Below the pieces are notes generated by a model. It saw only the letters and a list, made by a program, of their open reading frames with translations, was not told where the DNA came from and did no database searches. Of a stretch of 64,000 nt of DNA, positions 9,901-19,400 are shown one piece after another. Source of the DNA: Candidatus Nanosyncoccaceae bacterium (GTDB lineage Bacteria; Patescibacteriota; Saccharimonadia; Saccharimonadales; Saccharimonadaceae). The stretch is taken from NCBI GenBank assembly GCA_050950465.1, contig JBMNHQ010000002.1, positions 33,670 through 97,669 on the forward strand. The letters run 5' to 3'. Both the position numbers and the translations under genes were made by a program. Position 1 is the stretch's first letter. Each line of letters starts with the position of its first letter.

Positions 9901-11541
9901 GTGGATGGGTCAGATTTAATTGATTTATTATTAGATAATCGCCATGTTCTGCCCGACCAGCGGATAGATTTTTTGCAGCCTAAATATAGTGCCATAGAGA
10001 AATCAGACCCATTTGGTTTGCCAGATATGTTAAAAGCAGTTGGGCGACTAGAGGTGGCTTATAAACAACAAGAATCAATTTTAATCTACGGTGATTATGA
10101 CTCCGATGGCGTGACTGCTACAGCCTTACTAGTTGACGGTCTTGCCAGTCTTGGTTTTAAAAAAGTTTCGTATCACCTACCTAATCGATTTACTGAAGGG
10201 TACGGTATGAATTCAGAAGTCATTAAAAATCTTAATCCGATACCGAACGTTATTATAACAGTAGATTGTGGCAGCACTAATGTTTCGGAAGTTGATTTAG
10301 CTAACAAGCGTGGCATTGACGTGATCGTGACCGATCATCATCAAATTGGCGATACGGTGCCTAAGGCGATAGCTGTAGTTAATCCAAATCGTCCCGAAAA
10401 CACATATCCCAATCCGCACCTCTCTGGCGTGGGTGTGGCTTTTAGTCTTATTAGAGCTTTACAGCAGCGGCTTAAAACTCTGCCTCAGGGGCAAGAAAAA
10501 TGGTTGCTTGACTTGGTGACAATTGGCACAGTGGCTGATTTAATGCCTTTATTGGGGGAGAATCGAATTTTAGTAAAGTATGGTTTGATAGTATTGAAGA
10601 AGACTCGTCGTCTAGGAATAAAATATCTACTCAGTTTAAGTGGCTTAACGTCTGATAATCCTAGTGCTGATATGGTTGCGTTTGGTTTAGGGCCACGATT
10701 TAATGCAGCAGGGCGACTGGACAATGCTGAATTAGCACTAAATGTCCTAATGGCTAAAAGCTCTGCCAAGGCTAAGGAGGCAGTAGAGCAGTTGGAATAT
10801 TTGAATCAGAAACGCCGCGCCTTGCAGGATAAAATTTATCAGGAAGCGTTTAAGCAAGCTGAGGAAAATGATGACGCTGTTTTAGTCTTGAGTGGTCAGA
10901 ATTGGCATGAGGGCGTGGTTGGTATTGTGGCTTCTAAAATCATGGAGCAGTTTAGCAAACCAGTGTTCATATTGCAAAACAAAGACAATGTTATCAAAGG
11001 TTCAGCGCGGAGCTTTGGCGATTTTTCAATTGCTGCGGCGCTTCAATCGATGCCCGACATAATTGAAAAGGGTGGTGGTCATGCTGCAGCTGGCGGTTTG
11101 ACTTTGAAAGCTGATAATCTACTAGAGTTCACCAAACGAATTAACGCCTTTTATAAAGAGCAAGGGTTAACTAACCAGTTGCGATTTCTTCAACCAAAAG
11201 TTGATGCAAATTTGCCTGATTTACATCTTCTAACTCTTAGTTTTTATCGGCAAATGGAACAATTAGCGCCATTTGGCGTCGGTAATCCTGAGCCAATATT
11301 TGAAGTTCAAAATTTGCGAGTTAAGCGAGTGCAAAAACTTGGTCGTGATGCTAAGCATCTCAAGCTAAATTTAGTTGATGAGCAGGGTGTGGTGATGGAT
11401 TTTCTAGGTTTTAATTTGGCAGAAACCTATACTAACCTTAAAGAAGGTGACTCAGTTAGTGCTGTCTTTAATCTCACTTTAAACGAATGGCAGGGGCGAC
11501 AATCAGTTGAGGGGCGTTTAATCGATTTGTTGATTGGTTGA
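9901..11541 (+). CDS. recJ: Single-stranded-DNA-specific exonuclease RecJ
   Basis: DHH-family motifs GDYDSDGV, TVDCGS, VTDHH and the DHHA1 motif GGGHAAAGG. GTG start. Confidence 0.9.
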   Translation: MDGSDLIDLLLDNRHVLPDQRIDFLQPKYSAIEKSDPFGLPDMLKAVGRLEVAYKQQESILIYGDYDSDGVTATALLVDGLASLGFKKVSYHLPNRFTEGYGMNSEVIKNLNPIPNVIITVDCGSTNVSEVDLANKRGIDVIVTDHHQIGDTVPKAIAVVNPNRPENTYPNPHLSGVGVAFSLIRALQQRLKTLPQGQEKWLLDLVTIGTVADLMPLLGENRILVKYGLIVLKKTRRLGIKYLLSLSGLTSDNPSADMVAFGLGPRFNAAGRLDNAELALNVLMAKSSAKAKEAVEQLEYLNQKRRALQDKIYQEAFKQAEENDDAVLVLSGQNWHEGVVGIVASKIMEQFSKPVFILQNKDNVIKGSARSFGDFSIAAALQSMPDIIEKGGGHAAAGGLTLKADNLLEFTKRINAFYKEQGLTNQLRFLQPKVDANLPDLHLLTLSFYRQMEQLAPFGVGNPEPIFEVQNLRVKRVQKLGRDAKHLKLNLVDEQGVVMDFLGFNLAETYTNLKEGDSVSAVFNLTLNEWQGRQSVEGRLIDLLIG

Positions 11542-11572
11542 TTGACGTTATGCGTTCTTGTAGCTTTTTCGG

Positions 11573-11601
11573 TTGTCAAAAGTTGTTTTATCTAGTAAAA
11601 T
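11573..11601 (+). promoter_or_regulatory. Candidate promoter for rpsU (near-leaderless)
   Basis: TTGTCA (11573-11578), 17 nt, TAAAAT (11596-11601). The ATG at 11610 is only 9 nt past the -10 and has no SD. Confidence 0.5.
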
Positions 11602-11609
11602 TATAAGAT

Positions 11610-11825
11610 ATGGTACAAGTTACAAGAAAAGATGAGAAAGAAGCTAACGAAAATTTGATTCGTCGCTTTAACCGAAAGGTATTGCAAAGTGGAGTTTTAT
11701 CAACTAAAAAGGAAACGATGCGATTTGAAAAGCCAATTTCCAAGACTGAACGACGCACTAAAGCAATTATTTCAAAACAGCGCAAAACTGATAAATTAAA
11801 TAAAATTAAGCTCGGATTACGCTAA
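11610..11825 (+). CDS. rpsU: 30S ribosomal protein S21
   Basis: MVQVTRKDEKEANENLIRRFNRKV... has typical S21 length, basic composition and N-terminal pattern. Confidence 0.9.
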   Translation: MVQVTRKDEKEANENLIRRFNRKVLQSGVLSTKKETMRFEKPISKTERRTKAIISKQRKTDKLNKIKLGLR

Positions 11826-12274
11826 TGAGCTTAAAAGCGACAATCAATCAGGATTTGAAGGTCGCTCTACGAAGCGGTGACCATTCCACCTGTGACACTT
11901 TGCGGCTTCTTAAAGCTGAAATCTCTAATCAAGAGATAGCTTTGGGTGTGCGCGAAGCAGGTTTGACGGACGAACAAATTGAGCAATTGATAATTAAAGA
12001 GGCTAAAAAGCGTCGCGAAGCAGCAGAGCTTTATGAGCAAGCTGGTCGCAATGAGTTAGCTACCAACGAATTAGCGGAGTTGGCAATTTTAGAAAAGTAC
12101 TTACCAGATCAACTGTCGGATGATGAGGTTGTAGCGACGATTGAAGAAATTTTTAAAGACATCGAACCGGTTATGCCTAATATGGGGAAAATAATTGGTG
12201 CAGTTAAAGCCAAGCTCGGCTTGGCTGCTGATGGAGCAACGATAGCGCGATTAGTTAAGGAGCGATTAAAGTAA
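11825..12274 (+). CDS. GatB/YqeY domain protein
   Basis: Collinear with the YqeY family (INQDLKVALRSGD..., KRREAAELYEQAGR, EKYLP). TAATG overlap with rpsU. Confidence 0.85.
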   Translation: MSLKATINQDLKVALRSGDHSTCDTLRLLKAEISNQEIALGVREAGLTDEQIEQLIIKEAKKRREAAELYEQAGRNELATNELAELAILEKYLPDQLSDDEVVATIEEIFKDIEPVMPNMGKIIGAVKAKLGLAADGATIARLVKERLK

Positions 12275-12831
12275 TGATTTTGTTTTTTGGTTTAGCAGGT
12301 TCGGGTAAAAGCACGCAGGTAGAGCTGTTGGCTGAGGAGATGAATTGGATCCACTTTAGTATGGGAGCCTATTTGCGCTCGATTGAAGATCCAAAGGTTC
12401 AGAAACAAGTTGCTACTGGCGAGATGGTAGACAACAAAATTACCAATCAGGCCATAATCGATGCTTATGAGATGGCAACTCAGTCAGGGCAAAAGTTATT
12501 GATCGATGGTTATCCGCGTCAAAAGAGTCAAGCTGACTGGTTAATCAAGAACGCAGACGCTTATAAAGTAGAAGCTGTAGTAGTAATTGATGTAGAAGAA
12601 GCAGAGATTCGTAAGCGGTTATTAGACCGTGGTCGAGTAGATGATAACGACGAAGAAGCAATTAAGCTTCGTTTTGATATTTTTCGTAATGAAACTGTAA
12701 AAGTAATTGAGCAATTCAAGCAAAAACAAATTCCGGTTTATCATGTTGATGGCAATGGTACGATTGAACAAACTCATAGAAAACTCATGAAAATTATCAA
12801 AGAACATGTTGCAGCCACAAAAAACACCTGA
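12274..12831 (+). CDS. adk: Adenylate kinase (short, no zinc lid)
   Basis: P-loop GLAGSGKSTQ, IDGYPRQKSQ (the DGFPR-type motif), and RGRVDDN..IK.R lid arginines. Ends in TGA. Confidence 0.8.
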   Translation: MILFFGLAGSGKSTQVELLAEEMNWIHFSMGAYLRSIEDPKVQKQVATGEMVDNKITNQAIIDAYEMATQSGQKLLIDGYPRQKSQADWLIKNADAYKVEAVVVIDVEEAEIRKRLLDRGRVDDNDEEAIKLRFDIFRNETVKVIEQFKQKQIPVYHVDGNGTIEQTHRKLMKIIKEHVAATKNT

Positions 12832-13561
12832 ACAAATTGAAGCAATGCGTCAAGGTGGTCGAATTTTAGCGACCATTTTAAATGATTTAAAAGACTACAT
12901 TACCCCTGGTATGACGGGTGTGATGGTTGACCAATGGGTTGGTAAACAAATTGCCAAGCATGGTGCCGAGCCAACTTATAAGGACAAAAGCGTTAATTTT
13001 CCAGGCAATATTTGTATTTCAATCAATGATCATATTGTCCATTCGATACCAAATGATTTGCCTTTCGAAGTTGGTGATCTAATCGGTTTTGATTTAACAA
13101 TCACTTATAAAAATATGAAAGTTGATTCAGCCTTTACGGTGTCATTGAGTGAGGAGCCAAAGGGGGCTAAAAAACTTTTACTCACGCAGACTGAGCGAGC
13201 GTTATACGCTGGCATTAATGCGGTTAAGGCGGGTGCGAGAGTCGGTGATATTTCATCAGCGATTGAGAAGGTCTTAAGGAAAGCAAAATTGGGTGTGATA
13301 CGTGAGTTAATTGGTCATGGTGTTGGGCAAGACATGCACATGCCGCCAGATATTCCTAATTATGGTAAGGCAGGAACTGGACCGGTTATATCCGTGGGTG
13401 ACACCCTAGCGATCGAGCCGATGGCAACCTTGGGTGGTAATCGAATCATAGTTCAACCAAATGGTTGGGATGTAGTAACGGCCGACGGATCGTTGGCGGC
13501 TCATTTTGAGCACACTGTGTTAGTTTTAGCTGACGGTTGTGAAATTTTGACGCAATTATAG
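12806..13561 (+). CDS. map: Methionine aminopeptidase type I
   Basis: Pita-bread fold motifs: HGAEPTYK, metal-ligand regions FDLT..DSAF, GHGVG, LAIEP, HFEHTVLV. Confidence 0.9.
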   Translation: MLQPQKTPEQIEAMRQGGRILATILNDLKDYITPGMTGVMVDQWVGKQIAKHGAEPTYKDKSVNFPGNICISINDHIVHSIPNDLPFEVGDLIGFDLTITYKNMKVDSAFTVSLSEEPKGAKKLLLTQTERALYAGINAVKAGARVGDISSAIEKVLRKAKLGVIRELIGHGVGQDMHMPPDIPNYGKAGTGPVISVGDTLAIEPMATLGGNRIIVQPNGWDVVTADGSLAAHFEHTVLVLADGCEILTQL

Positions 13562-13663
13562 TTTGTTAAAGATAGCCTTTAGCGATATAATAAGACGTAT
13601 AAATGAAAAGAAAAGTCATTTTCTTTTTCGGATACGAAATATTACACGGAGTATAATATAGGC

Positions 13664-14872
13664 ATGCAAAACAACAATCCTAGACTGTCGGTCGGCATCG
13701 ATATCGGTACTAGTCGGGTACGCGTTGTCGTCGGACAAAAAGATAATGAAGGTGATTATTCAATTGTTGGTGTTGGCGAAGCGCCGACTACTGGTATGCG
13801 CAAGGGTGCTGTGGTTGATTTGAACGGTCCCGCTAAAGCTGTTGACGAAGCATTGATGCAGGCTGAGAGGATGTGTGGTGTAGAAGTTAACCAAGCCGCC
13901 TTTAACATCAATGGCTCAACTATACTATCAACTAAAGCATCTGGTATGGTAGCAGTTGCTGGTAATGAAGTTTCCGAAGAGGATGTGTTTAGATTAGAAG
14001 ATGTAGCTAAGGTTGGTAAGGTACCGGCTAACCGGACAATTTTGTCAATCGTACCGCATGATTACGCGCTTGACGGTCAGTCTGATATTAAAGATCCAAT
14101 CGGCATGGTTGGCTCAAGACTAGAGATTATGGCAAGTGTTGTTTCGGTTATGACTCCACAGTTTCAAAATGTCACACGGGTAGCAGAAATTATTAATTTG
14201 GCAATCAGCACAGTTGTACCATCGCCTGTAGCAGCGGCGCAGGCAGTGTTGAGCGAGGCTGAACGTGAAAATGGCGTTTTGCTATTAGATTTTGGGGCAG
14301 CTACAACTGGAATGGCAATTTATGAGGAGGGCGACTTAAAATTTGTTTCAGTTTTGCCAGTTGGCTCTAATAATCTGACGAACGATTTAGCAATTGGTTT
14401 ACAAACTACGCCAGAAGTGGCAGAGATTATAAAACTTGGTCACGCTGATGCGATAGAAACAGCGCGTGACAAACAAGTTTCAGTTAGGCACAACAAAATT
14501 AATCACGAATTTAATTTAGGTGTAGTTGATGAAGTCGCCGAGGCTCGGCTAGACGAGATTTATGAGATGATTATATCGCAGCTCAAGAAAGCTGGTTATC
14601 TTGGCAAACTGCCAAGTGGTGTGGTACTAGTGGGGGGTGGCGCTAAGTTGAAAAACATTACCGATTTGACTAAGGAAAAACTTGGTTTAGCGACTCGCCT
14701 AGCGCAGCCAGTTGGACTGAAGGGTGTGGCGGATAAGGTTGAGTCACCTGATTTTGCTACGGCGGTTGGCTTGATGATAATGGATAGTGTTGAATCGGTG
14801 TCAGCTAGTATTAGTGAGCATAAACCTAGCTTATTTGCCAAGTTGTTTGGAATATTTAAATCGAATCATTAA
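13664..14872 (+). CDS. ftsA: Cell division protein FtsA
   Basis: Actin-like ATPase with GIDIGTSRVRVVVG and VLVGGGAKL motifs. Immediately upstream of ftsZ. Confidence 0.9.
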   Translation: MQNNNPRLSVGIDIGTSRVRVVVGQKDNEGDYSIVGVGEAPTTGMRKGAVVDLNGPAKAVDEALMQAERMCGVEVNQAAFNINGSTILSTKASGMVAVAGNEVSEEDVFRLEDVAKVGKVPANRTILSIVPHDYALDGQSDIKDPIGMVGSRLEIMASVVSVMTPQFQNVTRVAEIINLAISTVVPSPVAAAQAVLSEAERENGVLLLDFGAATTGMAIYEEGDLKFVSVLPVGSNNLTNDLAIGLQTTPEVAEIIKLGHADAIETARDKQVSVRHNKINHEFNLGVVDEVAEARLDEIYEMIISQLKKAGYLGKLPSGVVLVGGGAKLKNITDLTKEKLGLATRLAQPVGLKGVADKVESPDFATAVGLMIMDSVESVSASISEHKPSLFAKLFGIFKSNH

Positions 14873-14904
14873 AAATGATATACTAGGATAAATGGGAGAA
14901 GAAA

Positions 14905-16089
14905 ATGCCTGAAGTAAAACCAACAGAAATTGAAACCTACGCCAGCATAAAAGTTGTTGGTGTTGGCGGTGCCGGTGGATCGGCTGTTAACCGCATGAAA
15001 GAAGCTGGGCTCAAGGGAGTGCAGTTTATTGCGATGAATACTGATGCTCAGGCACTGCATAATTCTCTAGCAGATGAGAAAATTCATTTAGGCAAAGGCA
15101 CAACCAATGGTTTGGGTGCCGGTGCTGACCCAGTGAAAGGTGAGTCGGCTGCCAATGAATCACGTGACGCCATTAAGGATGCTCTAGAGGGTGCCGACAT
15201 GGTTTTTGTAACAATCGGTGCTGGTGGTGGTACTGGTTCAGGCGCTGGACCAATTGTAGCCGAGATTGCTCGTGAATTGGGCGTATTAGTGGTTGGTGTA
15301 GCGACTCGACCATTTTCGTTCGAGGGTGCTAAGCGCAAACAAAATGCTGATTTATCTATCGATCGTCTGCGTCGGCAAGTAGACACATTGATTACTATTC
15401 CAAACGATCGACTATTGCAAACAATTGATCGCCGTACGCCACTATTGGAAACCTTCAAGATTGCCGATGATGTTTTACGTCAGGGTGTGCAGGGTATCTC
15501 CGAACTTATTACTGAGCATGGTTTAATCAATCTCGACTTTGCTGACGTTAAAGCTGTTATGAGCAATGCTGGATCAGCTCTCATGGGTATTGGTCGAGCT
15601 AGCGGCGATAATCGCGCGACCGAAGCTGCCAAGCAAGCGATTGAATCACCGCTGATTGAGGTTTCAATTGATGGTGCTAAGGGTGTTCTATTCAATATCA
15701 CAGGTGGTTATGATATGAGTATGAGCGAAGTCCAGGAAGCGGCCGACCTGATTACTGCTTCGGTGGCACCAGATGCCAACATCATCTTTGGTGCAACGCT
15801 TAAGCCTGAGATGGAAGATGAGCTGGTTATCACAGTGATTGCAACTGGCTTTGATTCGGCCTACTATAACGACGACATTGAAACTCCAGTTCTGGATACT
15901 ACTGAGGAGGTAGAAAAGCCAGCGGTTGAACCCGATGTAACAGAAATTGATTTAGATCTTGATAAAGACGAGCGTGAGCAGATAAAAGCTGACTTTGCTA
16001 ATGATGACGAATCTAATATTTGGGTAACGCCCGATGACGATGAGTCAGACACTCCAGCCTTTTTGCGTCGTCGTAATAAAAAGAAGTGA
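14905..16089 (+). CDS. ftsZ: Cell division GTPase FtsZ
   Basis: GVGGAGGSAVNRM, NTDAQAL, the tubulin signature GGGTGSGAGP, an acidic linker, and the C-terminal DTPAFLRRR peptide. Ends in TGA. Confidence 0.97.
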   Translation: MPEVKPTEIETYASIKVVGVGGAGGSAVNRMKEAGLKGVQFIAMNTDAQALHNSLADEKIHLGKGTTNGLGAGADPVKGESAANESRDAIKDALEGADMVFVTIGAGGGTGSGAGPIVAEIARELGVLVVGVATRPFSFEGAKRKQNADLSIDRLRRQVDTLITIPNDRLLQTIDRRTPLLETFKIADDVLRQGVQGISELITEHGLINLDFADVKAVMSNAGSALMGIGRASGDNRATEAAKQAIESPLIEVSIDGAKGVLFNITGGYDMSMSEVQEAADLITASVAPDANIIFGATLKPEMEDELVITVIATGFDSAYYNDDIETPVLDTTEEVEKPAVEPDVTEIDLDLDKDEREQIKADFANDDESNIWVTPDDDESDTPAFLRRRNKKK

Positions 16090-16355
16090 TTATGAGAATA
16101 ATAGTTGTTTATCGTGAACGTAGTGACTACGCTAGAACGGTGGAAGAGTTTTTGCATGATTTTAAGTACCAAACTGGTGGCGAAATCGAAACTCTTGATC
16201 CTGATACGCGTGAGGGAATTGGTTTTTGTCAAGCTTATGGAATCGTCGAGTATCCGACTCTCATCGCGATTGACTATTCTGGTGTAATGCAGCAGATGTG
16301 GCGGGGCCTACCTTTACCTCGTATTAGTGAGTTAAGCTATTATAATCAGCCTTAA
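16086..16355 (+). CDS. Small thioredoxin-fold-like protein without CxxC, translationally coupled to ftsZ
   Basis: GTG/ATG start overlapping the ftsZ TGA. YGIVEYPTLIAID resembles the cis-Pro beta-strand region of Trx-fold proteins, but there is no redox cysteine pair. Confidence 0.5.
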   Translation: MIMRIIVVYRERSDYARTVEEFLHDFKYQTGGEIETLDPDTREGIGFCQAYGIVEYPTLIAIDYSGVMQQMWRGLPLPRISELSYYNQP

Positions 16356-16409
16356 TCTCCATATTACATATTACACAATAAACTTACTTAAAAATCTGTA
16401 CCAAAACCC

Positions 16410-16438
16410 TTGTGCTTATTTACTTTTCGTGTTAGATT
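16410..16438 (+). promoter_or_regulatory. Candidate promoter of giant surface-protein gene copy 1 (identical copy at 47342-47370)
   Basis: TTGTCA-like TTGTGC (16410-16415), 17 nt, extended -10 TGtTAGATT (16430-16438). It lies inside a ~145-bp block repeated base for base upstream of copy 2. Confidence 0.5.
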
Positions 16439-16498
16439 AAATGTAGCTACTAAGTGTAGTGTGTAAACAATAAATATTCAGGGGAAGGGTTATCTCTG

Positions 16499-19400
16499 TT
16501 GAAATTAGTTACTCGCAAACTAACTAAGTTTCAACCTAAACTTAAATCAAGTTTTAGGTTAGGGTTTAAGTTTGGCTTCAAGATTCACACTAAACACAAA
16601 ACCTCACAAATATTACGTAGTGGTATTATATTAACTTCTCTTATACTTATTACTTTCTTAACACCCATGTTAAAGAAAACGTTTCAACCTCAAACAGTCA
16701 GTGCTGAAACTGTCACTAAGACTTGGCAGTTAAATCAAAACTCTGGCTATAACTACGACTACAACAACTACGAAATCGAACAAACTGCTACTGGGGCTCA
16801 GCTTAAACAACTACCAAGTTCGATTACTTTAACTGCGGATGAGGATAATTTGCTTGAGAGTTGGGGTCTAAGCGCTGGAACTGGGGTTGTCTCAATTATC
16901 GACGACCCATCTAGTGGCGGCACAGGTAAGGTTTATAGCGCCACTGGTCGTAATACTTTATACTCCAAATTTTATATACCGATTAACCCTGACCTCACTT
17001 ATACCCTAAATGGTAGATTCAAATCAGTTGGGGTGGGTGGGGAATCTAGGATATATTTTGGGCTTTATCCTAGCACTAAGCTCTATAATCAGTATAGTGC
17101 ACATAGTCGTCGCGAATATTTGGCTTTTGGTGATACTGCTACCATTTCTAATTACGACGATTTAACTATTACAGTTCAGCCTAGCGCTGACTTGTCGACT
17201 TGGAACCAGGGTGGGGTTGATGTCAGTCATAGACGCCTCGTAGGCTTTTATTTTGACGGTCAGACCAATAAGCTACCAGATTTTATCATACGCCCTCAGG
17301 GAATGGTTCTGAGTGATGTTGACCCAGCTCAAGGAGCTTATTCGACTGCTAGTGGCACGACTATCAATCTTAACGTACCGATTCCACCAGAAGTGCAGAC
17401 TAAAATAATTGCAGGAACAACTAAAATTAAGAACCATGCGGATGGTGCAGCTTATCTTTATGCGGCAGCCTATAACTCATTAGTTCCCACGTCGTCGTAT
17501 GCCAACTTTTCTGGTGCTGTAACTGGCACAAATACTAATTTAATTATTGCACACAATCTGTTTCCTTACGAGACCAATTGGGCGAAAATAGGCCTTATAT
17601 TAAATTATAATCAGGACGAAAACTTCACTACTAACTTCGACGACATCTCTCTCACCATCACTGGCTCTCAACCAATGTATTCATGGCAGTCACCAGCTAT
17701 TGGGCCACCATATAGTCAGTATGTCAGTGGCCAACTAATATCCATGAGTCATACCCTTGGTTCTGGCTCATCAGACAGTGTTAAATACCAAATCTCATTA
17801 GATGATGGCAAAAGTTGGTTGTATTACAACACAACCACTAACGCCTGGGAAAGTGACCTGTCTCAGCACATAGCTAACACAGAGAACCTTTATAGTACTC
17901 CTCTTATTCGTGACCATGGTGCTAACAAAGCCAATACTATCGACGAAATCAACGCTAACCTAAACAAATTACCAGCTACCGATGGTATCAAATTCAAATG
18001 GCGAGCCTTCCTAGAATCCAACGGCACACAGCAAGTTGAACTCCAATCAGTTACCCTTACGGCTAATAACCTTGATCCAACTATCACATCCGTCACACCT
18101 AGCATTGGTCAAACCACTGGTGGTGATACTATCACTATACGTGGCAGTGGCTTCTCTAACGATGAGTTTGAGTACTTTGTTGGTACTTGTGGTATGACTA
18201 AAAGCGGCAAGCTTTACTGCTGGGGTGATAATAGCCGTGGTAAGTTAGGTGATGGTACTTTCGTTTCTCGATCTGACAAACGTCCAATCGCTCAAGGTGA
18301 AGTTCCTATTACCACAATTTTTACACAAATCGTTAATAGCTGGTATCACATGTGTGCCCTTGGCGACGATAACGAAATCTACTGCTGGGGTGACAATCAA
18401 TATGGCCAACTAGGGGATAACACTTATGACAATCGTAATATTCCAACCAAAGTCAACAAAGGTGCTATCCCAGCTGGTGCTAAAATTGCCAGTATCTCGA
18501 CCGGCTTTCATCACACTTGTGTCTTAACTCAAGATGACAAAATGTATTGCTGGGGTCTAAATGATACTGGCCAACTGGGTGATGGCACTACCGACAATAG
18601 TCCTCTGCCAGTTGAGGTTAATCGCGGAGCCATTCCTACATCGGTGAGAATTAGAAGTCTACAAACAGGCTGGATGTCTAGTTGTGTCCTAGCGGGCGAT
18701 AATAATGTCTACTGCTGGGGAGACAATCGATACGGCCAGCTTGGTGATGGTACTACTGGCAGTAAGGCATCTCCAGTGCTTTTGTCTCAGGGCCAGCGCG
18801 ATCCGAGCTTTAATATTTCTCAATTATCTACAGGGGCCCACCATGCCTGTATAAAAGACAGTGATAATAAGAGCTACTGCTGGGGATTAAATACCTATGG
18901 TCAACTTGGCGATGGTACTTTGTTCAACAAAACTAGCCCAACAGCTGTTACTCAGGGGGATATGCCCAATCAAGACATTAAGCAAGTTGTGGCTGGTTAT
19001 CGGAATACTTATGTTATTGGCTCCGACGATAAGCTCTATGTCTGGGGACACAATGAACGTGGTTCGGTAGGTGACGGGACTTTTACAAACAGAAGCGCCC
19101 CAACTCTGACTCTATTGCCATATAGCTTGGGCACGGTTGTCAGTATGGATCAGTTTGCCTTTCGTAGTGTCGCTGTTTTGTCTAACAATCAAGTATACGC
19201 TTGGGGAGTAGCCAGTGGCTTTCTTGGCGACATTGTGTCGGGAGATCAACCTCTTCCTGTCCGCGCCAGTCGTTCATCTAACCAAGTCAAATTCGACAAC
19301 ACCTACGCACCCTACGTTGAGCGCATCTCACCATATAAACTACGAGTCAGAAACCCAGCACACGATGAGGGTATAGTAAGTGTCACCGCTACCAACTCCA

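Noticed and set aside
13605-13629. Hairpin GAAAAGAAAA-GTCA-TTTTCTTTTTC after map, as a terminator
   Set aside because: The stem is almost purely A-T with a bulge, so its predicted stability is low. It may just be AT-rich spacer, so it is not reported as a feature.
16441-16498. Structured riboswitch-like leader upstream of the giant genes
   Set aside because: Only a 4-bp CTAC/GTAG stem (16447-16459) is visible. The perfect conservation between the two copies is explained by the duplication or conversion tract, so there is no independent evidence for a regulatory RNA.
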